Assembly: GCA_965216875.1 (NCBI GenBank)
Contig: OZ244207.1
Span: forward strand, 6,688,001-6,752,000
Length of the DNA stretch: 64,000 nucleotides
Source of the DNA: Rubripirellula sp.
GTDB taxonomy: Bacteria > Planctomycetota > Planctomycetia > Pirellulales > Pirellulaceae
Reading direction: 5' to 3'
How positions within the stretch are numbered: the first letter of the stretch is position 1; each line of letters starts with the position of its first letter. Below, one piece after another: positions 28,368 to 38,312 of the stretch. The notes beneath the pieces are model-generated. The model searched no databases and had not been told where the DNA came from. It saw nothing but the letters and a program-made list of their open reading frames with translations. The position numbers and the translations under genes are program-made.

Positions 28368-29117
28368 ATGAGCACTGTGGAGAAAGCCAAACCGAAAAAC
28401 TCGAAGAAACGCGAGTCGACTGACGAAGAACGCGAGTTGTTTGTCACGACCGATTTGCGCAGCGTCCCCGCATCCGAGCTCAAGCCAATGGTTGGCGGAT
28501 TGGGGAAATGGGTTTCGCAAGCTGTCGGCAACAAACTCTCCAAGGGCAAGTTCGAAGCGCTCTACGCGCGGGAGTCTCGACGTCTCGTTCACGTTGACCA
28601 GGAGCATGTATCGAAGCGCTTGCAGAAACACTTCAGCAAGCTGCAAAGTGAACTGGAGTACTTGGGGTTTGGTACATCATTCTTTGCGTCGCTTCCGGCG
28701 CTCGGTCCGATTGCTGCAGCGATGATGGCGATGAGCCAGCGCGACGGCCGCATCCACTTTTTGGCCGAACAGGTAGCGATTCGCGAAAACGGCAAAATCA
28801 GCGACGACGGCTTTTTCAGTTTCGTCAGCTACCTGCCCGGCGGTGGGAGTCTGATCACGACCAATGGAAAAAATCTGCCACGTGCACGAAGCGAGGTTCA
28901 GCGTGAAGTCGTGACCGAAGCGGTTGCCGACCAGGTCCTGCGTCATCACCGTAAGCGTGTGCGGAATCTCGAAATCGCCGCCATTGCGCCCCCGGAGCTG
29001 TTTGATCACGTTGCCAGTGAAGTGCGATTGGATTGCGACGATCTGGTGCGGCGGAAGGTCATTCGCCCCGCCACCCCCGCCGAGATCACTCGGATTCGGC
29101 AGAAATCGAAGGTATGA
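28368..29117 (+). CDS. Hypothetical protein
   Basis: 249-aa ORF ending 7 nt before moaA; no family recognised. Confidence 0.7.
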   Translation: MSTVEKAKPKNSKKRESTDEERELFVTTDLRSVPASELKPMVGGLGKWVSQAVGNKLSKGKFEALYARESRRLVHVDQEHVSKRLQKHFSKLQSELEYLGFGTSFFASLPALGPIAAAMMAMSQRDGRIHFLAEQVAIRENGKISDDGFFSFVSYLPGGGSLITTNGKNLPRARSEVQREVVTEAVADQVLRHHRKRVRNLEIAAIAPPELFDHVASEVRLDCDDLVRRKVIRPATPAEITRIRQKSKV

Positions 29118-29124
29118 TCGGGGC

Positions 29125-30156
29125 ATGAATTCGCCCCCATCCGTATCGGACCAAGATTCGACCGCCCAGCCGCTGGTCGATCGCTTTGGTCGTGTGCACG
29201 ACAGTCTTCGGCTGAGCGTGACCGATCGCTGCAACATCCGTTGCTTCTATTGCATGCCCGATACCGACGCCGAGTTTATGCCCAAGGACTGGTTGCTCAG
29301 CTTTGAAGAGCTGACGCGATTGGCCGATTTGCTGGTGCGACGCTTTGGCGTGAAAGACATTCGCATCACCGGTGGCGAACCGCTTGTACGACGTCAGCTC
29401 GATCAATTGATCGGCATGCTCGCTGCCATCGACGGACTCGAAGACCTTTCACTGACGACCAACGCGATCCTGTTGGCCGACCAAGCCCAGGCACTTCGCG
29501 CCGCCGGCCTCAAACGGCTCAACATCAGTCTCGATACGCTTGACGAAGTGGTCTTTCAAAAGATCACGCGACGCAAGGGGCTCGAGAAGACGATCGCTGG
29601 CATCGACGCGGCGATCGAGTGCGGCTTCGAAAGCATCAAGTTGAACACGTTGGCGATCGCGGGAGTGACCGAAAAGGAGGTCGGCTCGTTAATCGAGTTC
29701 GCGGTCGATCGCGGCGTGATGTTAAGGTTCATTGAATTCATGCCGCTTGATGGCGACCGAGCGTGGCAGCGCGAGAGCGTGCTTTCGGGTGACGCGCTAT
29801 TGGGGATGATCCGCGAGCGGTTTGGCGAAGTCACCGAGGTATCGCGGCCGCATCCGTCGCAGCCAGCCGAGGATTTTGCCATCGCGGGTGGCGGCAAGTT
29901 TGGCATCATTCGATCGGTCACCGCTCCCTTCTGCTCGGCCTGCAATCGGTTGCGAATCACCGCAGATGGGTCGGTTCGGAATTGCTTGTTTGCTCATGAC
30001 GAAGTGCCGCTTCGCGATCTGATGCGTTCCGGGGCGGGCGACGACGAGGTGTTGGCCGAAATCCGCCGCTGCGTGATGGCCAAAAAGGCTGCCCACGGGA
30101 TCGATGGGGACGGCTTTTTGCCGCCCGAACGACCGATGTACGCGATTGGCGGCTGA
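29125..30156 (+). CDS. moaA: GTP 3',8-cyclase (radical SAM, molybdenum cofactor biosynthesis)
   Basis: DRFGR, CNIRCFYC, TGGEP, IEFMP, FCSACNRLR..C and C-terminal IGG. Confidence 0.97.
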   Translation: MNSPPSVSDQDSTAQPLVDRFGRVHDSLRLSVTDRCNIRCFYCMPDTDAEFMPKDWLLSFEELTRLADLLVRRFGVKDIRITGGEPLVRRQLDQLIGMLAAIDGLEDLSLTTNAILLADQAQALRAAGLKRLNISLDTLDEVVFQKITRRKGLEKTIAGIDAAIECGFESIKLNTLAIAGVTEKEVGSLIEFAVDRGVMLRFIEFMPLDGDRAWQRESVLSGDALLGMIRERFGEVTEVSRPHPSQPAEDFAIAGGGKFGIIRSVTAPFCSACNRLRITADGSVRNCLFAHDEVPLRDLMRSGAGDDEVLAEIRRCVMAKKAAHGIDGDGFLPPERPMYAIGG

Positions 30157-30214
30157 GAACCGAGAAAGCTGCCACCTGTTGTGATTTTGGTGCGACCGCT
30201 AAATTGTGGCCGCT

Positions 30215-31027
30215 ATGAAAAATCTATTCCAATTAAACGACGACGTTGCTGTCGTCATCGGTGGTACGGGCGAACTGGGTGGTCTGATGGCCGAGGCTCT
30301 TGGTGCATTTGGTGCCAAGGTCGCTGTGGTCGGACGCAACGAAGAGCGTGGAAACGCTCGGGCCGGTCGCATCGTCGAAGCTGGTGGCGAAGCGAAATTT
30401 TTTGCAGCCGACGGACTGAGCGCCGACTCGTTGGACGAGGCTCGTCAGGCAATCAAATCTTGGGCGGGTGCTCCCGCTTCGGTGTTGGTCAACGCGGCTG
30501 GCGGAAACCGACCCGACGCGACGATTCCACCCGGCGGCGACTTCTGCAAGTTGCCTCGTGAAGCTTGGACTGACGTGTTCGATTTGAACCTTGTCGGTGG
30601 CTCTCTTTTGCCAAGCCAAGTCTTCGGACCTGACATGATCGAAGCGGGTGTTGGTAGTGTGATCAACATCGCATCGATGTCGGGCATCATCCCGCTGTCG
30701 CGAGTCGTCGCTTACTCGGCAGCCAAGGCGGCGGTCATTAACTTGACCATGTGGTTGTCGCGCGAATGGGCCACAACGGGCGTGCGTGTCAACGCAATCA
30801 GCCCGGGCTTCTTCCCTGCCGAGCAAAACCGAAAGTTGTTGTTTAACGACGACGGAAGCTATACCGAGCGTGGTGGTCAGATCATTGGACACACCCCGAT
30901 GGATCGATTCGGCCGACCTGAAGAGTTGGCTGGTGCTGTGGTCTGGCTGGCAAGCCGGCATGCCTCGTCCTTTGTGACGGGCCAAAACATTGCGGTCGAT
31001 GGCGGATTCGCCTCGGTCACTATCTGA
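30215..31027 (+). CDS. SDR oxidoreductase (D-mannonate/gluconate oxidoreductase-like)
   Basis: GGTGELG, NAAGGN, YSAAK and PGFFPAEQNR; upstream of a KDG-kinase-like gene. Confidence 0.88.
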   Translation: MKNLFQLNDDVAVVIGGTGELGGLMAEALGAFGAKVAVVGRNEERGNARAGRIVEAGGEAKFFAADGLSADSLDEARQAIKSWAGAPASVLVNAAGGNRPDATIPPGGDFCKLPREAWTDVFDLNLVGGSLLPSQVFGPDMIEAGVGSVINIASMSGIIPLSRVVAYSAAKAAVINLTMWLSREWATTGVRVNAISPGFFPAEQNRKLLFNDDGSYTERGGQIIGHTPMDRFGRPEELAGAVVWLASRHASSFVTGQNIAVDGGFASVTI

Positions 31028-31083
31028 TTCATCGAGACATTAGAAAACTCACCACGGTGTGAAAGAAAGATCTGGACAACAAA

Positions 31084-32160
31084 ATGATTGAACTACGTAG
31101 CGACGCAAAATATTCGTTGGTCATCCCAACCAGCATGGGAACACGCCTGACGCCAGTGAACCATCAACCCTTTCACTGCAGCGATACTTTCAAGATGCAG
31201 GCGACCAGCGCCGAATCGAACGTCGGTAGCGTTTCGTCGTTCCTTGGTTTGCCCGTCAAGATTCTGACGGCGTTTGTCAAAGACAGCCCCGTCGCTCGGT
31301 TCATCAAAGACGACCTGGCGCGCCGGCACATGGACTACGAAGGTCCTGAGTTCGAACAAGACACACCTTGGGGTGTTCGGCACCAGATCAACATGGCCGA
31401 CAGCGGTTGGGGAAGCCGTGGTCCTCGCGTTCAAAACGACCGCGCTGGCGAAGTCGGCCGAAAGCTGAATGTCAAAGACTTTGACCTCGAGCGAATCTTT
31501 GGCGATGAAGGTGCCAAAATCGTTCACATGTCGGGTTTGATCGCAGCACTCTCGGAAGAGACCAGCCAGTTCTGTCTGGAAATCGCTCGCGCTGCGAAAA
31601 AGCATGGCTCGCGAATCGCTTTCGACCTCAACCATCGCGCGTCGTTCTGGGCTGGTCGTGAAGAAGAGTTGTCGGCTGCTTTCAAGGAAATCGCAAGCTT
31701 GTCAGACATCCTGATCGGCAACGAAGAAGACTTTCAGTTGTGTCTCGACATCGAAGGTCCTGAAGCGGGCGGCAAAGACATCACTGCCAAGATCGAAGGC
31801 TTCAAAGAGATGATCAACCGAGTCAAGAAGGAATACTCAGGTGCATCGTTGTTCGCCACGACCCTTCGCGAAGTGGAAAGTGCCAATTCGCACATGTGGG
31901 GAGCTATCGTTTCGGCTGGCGACGATTGGCACGTTGTCAATCCACGTGAGATCGGCGTGCTCGACCGCATTGGCGGTGGTGACGGTTTCGTTGGCGGTTT
32001 GCTCTACGGTGTGCTCAACGGTTGGGATGCTGAGAAGTCGACGCAATTTGGTTGGGCAACGGGCGCATTGGCCGCCACGATGTACACCGACTACGGCCAA
32101 CCCGCCGACGAAGACCAAGTGTGGAGCATTTGGAAAGGCAACGCCCGCGTCAAACGGTAA
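31084..32160 (+). CDS. PfkB-family sugar kinase (2-keto-3-deoxygluconate kinase-like)
   Basis: FDLNHR, GNEED, TTLRE and DRIGGGDGF motifs. Confidence 0.88.
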   Translation: MIELRSDAKYSLVIPTSMGTRLTPVNHQPFHCSDTFKMQATSAESNVGSVSSFLGLPVKILTAFVKDSPVARFIKDDLARRHMDYEGPEFEQDTPWGVRHQINMADSGWGSRGPRVQNDRAGEVGRKLNVKDFDLERIFGDEGAKIVHMSGLIAALSEETSQFCLEIARAAKKHGSRIAFDLNHRASFWAGREEELSAAFKEIASLSDILIGNEEDFQLCLDIEGPEAGGKDITAKIEGFKEMINRVKKEYSGASLFATTLREVESANSHMWGAIVSAGDDWHVVNPREIGVLDRIGGGDGFVGGLLYGVLNGWDAEKSTQFGWATGALAATMYTDYGQPADEDQVWSIWKGNARVKR

Positions 32161-32180
32161 GTTGGTTTGGGGTGTATTCA

Positions 32181-32262
32181 CCGTAGCTACGCTCGCCAGA
32201 GCGTGGGGAGGTGGAGATGTTGTTTGTTAGCACATCCCACCTTCTAGCGAAGGTAGCTACGG
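32181..32262. repeat. REP doublet (GTAGCTACGCTCGCCAGAGCGTGG family)
   Basis: 32181-32207 and inverted 32236-32262; same family at 46527-46606. Confidence 0.88.
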
Positions 32263-32328
32263 CGTCTGCCGGCGGAAATGCACAAAGTTCCGCCCAACGC
32301 CTCCGCGCCCAGCGGCTACAATCGTCGC

Positions 32329-32904
32329 ATGTCCGAAACACGCCACGACATGGACGAAACGCTGCAGATCGAAACAAGCATCGCTCGACTTAATTCGGGC
32401 GATGCATCGGTTCGAGGCGAATTGCTTAACGTCGCTTGCACTCGTTTGATGCAGCTGACGGCCGAGATCAAGCAAGAGTTTGATCAGGCAGACAAGGCAG
32501 CTTCGAAAAACCTTGACGATGTTTTCGCAGGTGTTTCGTCGCGGCTCTACGAAGCATTGCACGATGTTTCGATTCGTGATGAGCGGCACTTTTATCAGTT
32601 GGCTGCTCGCCAGATCCGGCTGGAATTGATTGATCTTTGCAGCCAAGTCGAACTGGCCGACGATTCGGAGTTGGGAAGTTTGATTCGCTTCCACCGAGCG
32701 GTTGATGATCTACCCGCCGAGTTGCGGGAGGTGTTCGAGCTCGTTTGGTATCACGATCTGTCGATCGATGAAGCGGCTCGAATCACCCAGCAGAGCGAAT
32801 CTGAGCTGCGTCGACTTTGGCGAGCCGCGCGGTTGGGTCTGCACGAGCGACTTGTTGACGATGAGGAAGACGACGCAAGCGAGCCAAGCTTTGAGGTAGG
32901 TTAG
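32329..32904 (+). CDS. ECF-type sigma factor
   Basis: sigma2-like GD..ELL..RL..DDV..IRLELID and sigma4 LPAELREVFELVWYHDLSIDEAA; directly upstream of a kinase. Confidence 0.85.
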   Translation: MSETRHDMDETLQIETSIARLNSGDASVRGELLNVACTRLMQLTAEIKQEFDQADKAASKNLDDVFAGVSSRLYEALHDVSIRDERHFYQLAARQIRLELIDLCSQVELADDSELGSLIRFHRAVDDLPAELREVFELVWYHDLSIDEAARITQQSESELRRLWRAARLGLHERLVDDEEDDASEPSFEVG

Positions 32905-32982
32905 CATCCCCTCAGGTGGCCGGTTATTCTAGAAGGGTGGTGCCAAACAACTCCCCTCCTCTACTTCCCCCAGCTCTTGGCC

Positions 32983-35277
32983 ATGAGCCAGTCGCCCCAT
33001 TCCGATGAAACGTCGGAGCTTGATGAGAATCAAGCCGCTTCGGCAGACCAACCCAGTTCGATTGATGACGATCAGGATCGTCAGATTGACGAGTTGGTCG
33101 AGCAAGTCGAATTGACCCATGAGTCGCCCGACTTCATTTGCAAAGACAACCCTGAGTTGGTTGCGGAGGTTCGGCGACGAGTCGCTGCGCTCCATTCGAT
33201 CGATAAGCAACTTGCCAAGCGAAAGCGGAAACGCTCGGGCCGAATCAAGGCGGTCGACTTCGGCACCTTTGTCAAGCAAATGGAGTTTGTTGACCGCGGT
33301 GGATTGGGTGAAGTCTACGTTGGCAAAGATGAACAATTGCGCCGCCGGGTCGCAATCAAGTTCATGCACAAGAGACATTGTGGCGAACCATCGCGTCGCA
33401 GCCAATTCAAACTTGAAGCAGAGATCACTGGTCGGTTAGAGCATCCAGGCGTCGTGCCAATCTATGGTTGTGGTGGTACCAAGGACGAACGCCCTTTTTA
33501 CGCGATGCGGTACATCGAAGGTCGTTCGATGGATCAAGCGATCAAAGACTATTACAAACGTCTCGATGAAGAGGGCGGCACGCATTCTTCGCACGCGCAC
33601 GGTGCAAAGGAAACGAGTGAGTTGACGCTCGAGTTTCGACACCTGCTCTCAAGTTTTGTTTCCGTTTGCAATACGATCGCCTATGCACACGACCGCGGTG
33701 TTGTGCATCGAGACATCAAACCGGCCAACATCATGATTGGTCGTTTCGGCGAAACCTTGGTGGTCGATTGGGGACTTGCTGTTCCCGTGATGCGCGAAGA
33801 GCGGTTTCGCAAGAGTGGCGAAGAGACACTCATGTCATCCAGCGGCGCTGGCCGCACGAGTACCGGTTCGGGACGCGGCGCAGGGACGCCCGCTTTCATG
33901 AGTCCAGAACAGTTTTCGGAACTCGATCCCACGCCAGCCTGCGACGTCTACAGTTTGGGTGCGACTTTGTTCGCAATCCTCGCTGGAAAGCCTCCGATCC
34001 GCAGTAGTTCCTTTTCGGACATTCGAACGGACCGGCTCGAAGGCAAGCTGCCGGACCTCAACCAATTGCGCAAGGGAGTTCCGAAGCAATTGCAAGCGAT
34101 CGCGCACAAAGCGATGCAGCGCGAGGCCAAGGATCGGTATGCGACGGCGCTCGATTTGGCCAACGATGTCGAACGTTTCTTGGCTGACGAACCGGTCGCG
34201 GCTTACGAGGATACCGTCGGATTGAAAGTGGCGCGTTTGGCGCGTCGCCATCGGTACGCCGCTCAAACTGCAGTGCTCGGTCTTGCGTTGTGTTTCTTGG
34301 TCGCGGGGCTGAGCGCATTTTGGATTCAGATCCAACGGTCAAACGCTAACGCACTGCGCGACCGTAACCTTTCCACGTCCGCAACTTTCATCGCTCGAGC
34401 CTGTGGTTACGAAATCGATCGGGTTTGGCGCGTATTGGAGTTTGAAGCTCAGTCACCCCAATTGATTCAATTCGTCAAAGCGGCCAACGCCGCGGTCGAC
34501 CAAGGCGAAAAACTGAGTGTCGAAAGCCAACGGGAGTTTCAGTACTACTTGGATTCTCGCCTCAAGCAACAGGGCAACGTCGAGACGGTCACGAAGATCT
34601 TTGTGCTGACGCAAGGCGGTACTCAGGCGGCTCGAGTGCCTGAGGCGAAAGAGCCGCAGATTGGCGAAAACTTTGCCTTTCGTGATTACTACACGGGGCT
34701 TGGATTCGATTTAGACAAAGTAGCGGACGCACGGTTTGTTGGCCAAATCAAGGAACCGCTTCAAGGGCCGCGAACCTACGAAGGGCAAGTGCACATCACG
34801 TCGGCATACCTGTCCTCTCAGGTTGATGAGCACTACCTGAAGTTGACGTTGACGTTGCCGATTCGTGAAGTCGTTGATGGTGAAGAACGGTTCATCGGCG
34901 TGATCGGCACGTCGATCACGGCTGGCGATTTGATCTGGGCAACGCGTATCACGGACGAAAATGCACTGACGTGGATTGCCGACCTACGCGAAGATTCGAT
35001 TGACTCAAGTGGTCGGCGACGACGTGGCGTGATTCTTCATTCGCCCGAATCGCAAGACGCCGGTCCTCAACAGGAACCGGAACGGTTACCCAATGACTTG
35101 GTCGAGGAGTTGCGTGCGGGCAACTATGCGATGGGCAATGAACTTGCCGACGACTGGATCCATGGCACCAAGGGCGTGGAGGGGCATCTTTCGATTCAGC
35201 CGGTCAGGATCAGTGGACGATCCGCAGACCCGTTTGATGTCGGTTGGGTAGTGATCACCGCCGAAGCGTCGCAGTGA
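32983..35277 (+). CDS. Membrane Ser/Thr protein kinase with an extracytoplasmic Cache-like sensor
   Basis: GGLGEV, VAIK, HRDIKPAN, DWGLA, GTPAFMSPEQ, DVYSLG; one TM helix; FAFRDYY in the C-terminal domain. Confidence 0.93.
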   Translation: MSQSPHSDETSELDENQAASADQPSSIDDDQDRQIDELVEQVELTHESPDFICKDNPELVAEVRRRVAALHSIDKQLAKRKRKRSGRIKAVDFGTFVKQMEFVDRGGLGEVYVGKDEQLRRRVAIKFMHKRHCGEPSRRSQFKLEAEITGRLEHPGVVPIYGCGGTKDERPFYAMRYIEGRSMDQAIKDYYKRLDEEGGTHSSHAHGAKETSELTLEFRHLLSSFVSVCNTIAYAHDRGVVHRDIKPANIMIGRFGETLVVDWGLAVPVMREERFRKSGEETLMSSSGAGRTSTGSGRGAGTPAFMSPEQFSELDPTPACDVYSLGATLFAILAGKPPIRSSSFSDIRTDRLEGKLPDLNQLRKGVPKQLQAIAHKAMQREAKDRYATALDLANDVERFLADEPVAAYEDTVGLKVARLARRHRYAAQTAVLGLALCFLVAGLSAFWIQIQRSNANALRDRNLSTSATFIARACGYEIDRVWRVLEFEAQSPQLIQFVKAANAAVDQGEKLSVESQREFQYYLDSRLKQQGNVETVTKIFVLTQGGTQAARVPEAKEPQIGENFAFRDYYTGLGFDLDKVADARFVGQIKEPLQGPRTYEGQVHITSAYLSSQVDEHYLKLTLTLPIREVVDGEERFIGVIGTSITAGDLIWATRITDENALTWIADLREDSIDSSGRRRRGVILHSPESQDAGPQQEPERLPNDLVEELRAGNYAMGNELADDWIHGTKGVEGHLSIQPVRISGRSADPFDVGWVVITAEASQ

Positions 35278-35306
35278 GCACTGGCGATGCGAAACGTCAC
35301 TCGCCC

Positions 35307-35447
35307 GTGAGCCGTTGGCCGTCAGGCCCTTGTGCATGTTAGAGCGTTCAAGGAAAGGCCCGGCCGCTCGCGCGAGTCCCGACTAACAGGAGGGTGAATT
35401 AACAGTAGACGTGGTGATCGGTGGGTGTCATGCGGAGCATGACCTAC
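35307..35447. repeat. Composite REP site (GTGAGCCG doublet plus GTAGGTCATG REP)
   Basis: 35307-35329, degenerate inverse at 35357-35387, and GTCATGCGGAGCATGACCTAC 35427-35447 abutting the TAA of the AAA gene. Confidence 0.8.
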
Positions 35448-37205
35448 TTATTCTTCGGGGCCAGTGAGTTCGAGAACCGGTTCACCCCACTCGGCGGCAA
35501 ACGTTTTTTCGCAGTGATTGCAGTTCACGTCCGTTCCAAGCAGTGCGTCGTCGACCACTTCGGCTTCATCGCACTCATCACATTTCACACGGACGTGTCC
35601 TTCGGTGTCGGCCATCGCAGCTAGGTGCGCTTGCATGATGCCCGCGACTTCGATGTCTTCCGCCTCGAGTGTGGTTAGTAGCTCGTGCGTGACATCCGAC
35701 ACCTCGGCCAGTCGATTCGCCAGACGTCTGACGCTTCGTTCGAAACTGTTGCGAGCGGTGCGTCCGTTTCCGAAGTGGCGATCGCGATTCGCATACAGGT
35801 AAGTGAATCCACGCAGTAGTCTGCGTCGCGATTGTGTGGGGAGTTGGTACTTCGCTTTGCCCGCGATCAACTCAAAGATCCGGCAAAGGGCCTCGGGGCC
35901 GTAGTCATCAAAGTGCATCGTCGTGCCAACGCGGGAACTGAGCCCCGGGTTGCTGCGAATCATTTTTTGCATCTCGTTGGGATAGCCGGCAAGGATCACG
36001 ACCAATTGATCGCGCTGGTCTTCCATTCGCTTGAGCAGCGTTTGCACGGCTTCGCGTCCGTATTGGTCCTGGCCGCTTTCATCGATCAACGTGTACGCCT
36101 CGTCGATAAACAGAACTCCATCAAGCGCTTCGTCGATCTTAGCATTCGTCTTGGGGCCGGTTTGCCCGGCGTATTCGGCAACCAATCCGCTACGATCGGT
36201 TTCGACCAAGTGACCTTTTTTGAGGATGCCGAGGGCGCCATAGATCTCGGCAACGATGCGTGCGACGGTCGTCTTTCCCGTACCTGGATTTCCGACAAAG
36301 GCCATGTGCAAACTCGGACGCGTTGTCGGCAGGCCCGCTTCTTCACGCTGCCGTTCCAACTTTAGGAAGTTGGTCAGTGTGTCGATTTGATCCTTGATCC
36401 CCTCGAGTCCAATCAGTCGATCGAGTTGGCCACGGGCATCGGCAAGACGCTGAGCGGGCGTGCGATTGTCCTCTGGCGTTGCCTCTTCTTTTTCGGGTGC
36501 GCCTTTCTCTTTCGGAGCGTTTGCGGAACCGCCGGGGCCAGCGATCGGTGTTGGTTTTTCAGCCGCCGAGGGTCCGACGCCTTCGCGGAGTCGTTTGGCT
36601 TCATCGCGGAGCCAGTTGAGTGCGTCCCGTGCGTTGTTGGTGTCCGTTTCACTGGCCAACTGTTCCGGTGCACGGCCCGCGAGATCATCAAACTGAGCCT
36701 GCATCGCTGTCAGGTTTTGGTTGTCCGCGACACTGACGTTTCCATCGACGCGCGCAAGTAGGTTTGCCATTCGCATTGCGAGTGTTTCGAGTTCGCCCCA
36801 GCGGTCGCGAAGGGTTGGTAGTTCCGCAAACGGTCGCACCAAATCCGACCATTCGAATTCGGTCGAGGCTGAGATCAACCACTCCACTGCTTCGTGCAAT
36901 TGGCTGCCCATGACCGACTTGCCCCAGATGTGTTCGAGCAGGACACGACCGAGTTGGCGTTGTTCGAGCGTGCGTGCGCTGACATCGGGAACGACAGCGG
37001 CGAATACCTTCATCAGAAAACCTTGATGAAGATCATTCATCTGCTCGGCGATCGAAGCGGCGTCGGCCGGCTCTTCGCCCGAGAGCCAACCGTACGATCC
37101 GCGAACGAGCTGCCCACTTTCGATGTAGAGCGCCTGTGTTTGTTTGAGGGTCTCGCGATACAGGCGAATCGATTCAATGATTTGGTCGTCGGATGGTCGA
37201 GGCAT
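35448..37205 (-). CDS. AAA+ ATPase, CbxX/CfxQ/SpoVK family, with C-terminal zinc ribbon
   Basis: GNPGTGKT, LFIDEAY, VILAGY, NPGLSSR, FGNGR; CDEC..CNHC at the C-terminus. Confidence 0.92.
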   Translation of the reverse strand: MPRPSDDQIIESIRLYRETLKQTQALYIESGQLVRGSYGWLSGEEPADAASIAEQMNDLHQGFLMKVFAAVVPDVSARTLEQRQLGRVLLEHIWGKSVMGSQLHEAVEWLISASTEFEWSDLVRPFAELPTLRDRWGELETLAMRMANLLARVDGNVSVADNQNLTAMQAQFDDLAGRAPEQLASETDTNNARDALNWLRDEAKRLREGVGPSAAEKPTPIAGPGGSANAPKEKGAPEKEEATPEDNRTPAQRLADARGQLDRLIGLEGIKDQIDTLTNFLKLERQREEAGLPTTRPSLHMAFVGNPGTGKTTVARIVAEIYGALGILKKGHLVETDRSGLVAEYAGQTGPKTNAKIDEALDGVLFIDEAYTLIDESGQDQYGREAVQTLLKRMEDQRDQLVVILAGYPNEMQKMIRSNPGLSSRVGTTMHFDDYGPEALCRIFELIAGKAKYQLPTQSRRRLLRGFTYLYANRDRHFGNGRTARNSFERSVRRLANRLAEVSDVTHELLTTLEAEDIEVAGIMQAHLAAMADTEGHVRVKCDECDEAEVVDDALLGTDVNCNHCEKTFAAEWGEPVLELTGPEE

Positions 37206-37321
37206 GACGAGATCGCGAAGGCTGGTGAGCAGTTTGGGTGAAGGATAAAGCTTAACAGGTTCGAAAAGAGAACAAATTGGGCGCGCTGTGGTTCCTTGCG
37301 GTCGACCACTGCGACTGATTC

Positions 37322-37478
37322 GTGAGCCGAACGCGCTAGCGTCGGGCCCGACGCGAACGAATTCGGCAGATCAGCCGCAGAGCGATAGCTCGCGGTTTTC
37401 GTATGAGGGCAGGATTCAGGAACCGCATGCTATCGCGCCGCGGATCACGGATCAGGTGTCATGCGCAGCATGACCTAC
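37322..37478. repeat. Composite REP hotspot including a RAYT-type doublet (37370-37448)
   Basis: GTGAGCCGAACGCGCTAGCGTCGGGCC 37322; ATCAGCCG doublet 37370-37448; GTAGGTCATG REP (minus) 37458-37478. Confidence 0.88.
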
Positions 37479-37493
37479 AAGCGGCCTGTCCTA

Positions 37494-38144
37494 TCACGCG
37501 ATGCTCTCTTTCCACGCGTCGGCGAGTTGCGGAAGGTTCATCAGTTCGATGGTTGCGAGCCGATCGACTTTGCGGCCAAACAGCACATCGTTGGCCCGAG
37601 CGACCGACCAGTCGGGATTGGGACGCTCGACCAACTTCATTTCGTTGCCCGGCTCGATCGCCCCTTCGGCAAGGATTCGCAAGTACCAACCGGTGCGGCC
37701 CGTTTGGGCGACAAGCTTGGTCATCGTCTTGACGCCCCATCGCCGCGCGATTTTCCAACACGGTTGTCGTGGTTGGCTCACTTCGACCTCGCAGTCACCG
37801 ATGCGATAGCGGTCGCCAACGCAGACCGTCGTTTCGTCGGCTCCAGCGATCGTGAGGTTTTCGCCGAGTCCACCGGGCCCGATTTTATCGGCCAATTCGG
37901 GCAGTTCGTCGCGCCAAGCTGCGTAATGACTCGCCGCATAGCAAAGGACCGCCTTGTCGATTCCGCCGTGATGTTTGGTGTCGGCGACCGCATCGCCAGC
38001 CAATCCAAGCTTGGTCAACTGCTGCGGTCCGTCGATGGGCGTCTTGTAGAAACCGGTCGTCCAAAATCGCTTGGTGACGTCTCGATTCTCGCGGTCTCCC
38101 TCGCTACGAACGGTGCCGATTTGGATGCTTTCGATGGTGATCAT
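37494..38144 (-). CDS. MOSC domain protein (YiiM-like)
   Basis: HHGG.DKAV, GENL, SQPRQPCWK, GWYLR and a 3-alpha-like tail. Confidence 0.92.
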   Translation of the reverse strand: MITIESIQIGTVRSEGDRENRDVTKRFWTTGFYKTPIDGPQQLTKLGLAGDAVADTKHHGGIDKAVLCYAASHYAAWRDELPELADKIGPGGLGENLTIAGADETTVCVGDRYRIGDCEVEVSQPRQPCWKIARRWGVKTMTKLVAQTGRTGWYLRILAEGAIEPGNEMKLVERPNPDWSVARANDVLFGRKVDRLATIELMNLPQLADAWKESIA

Positions 38145-38312
38145 TGGTGGCCGGACATCGCCCTCAAAGTGTCGTCGCAAGGTGTTGTCATTTAACGACT
38201 TGCGACGACGCTAAAGAGGCCTTGGGTCGTTGTGAAGGAAAGGTGAATCGGGTAGAATTCGGGTTTGCTTTTCAGCTGAAAAGAACGAGCAACTTCATCT
38301 TAGGACACGACG

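Noticed and set aside
28924..29124. N-terminal extension or frameshift fusion of moaA with the upstream gene
   Set aside because: MoaA similarity begins after ATG 29125, the upstream gene has its own stop at 29117, and no slippery site was seen.
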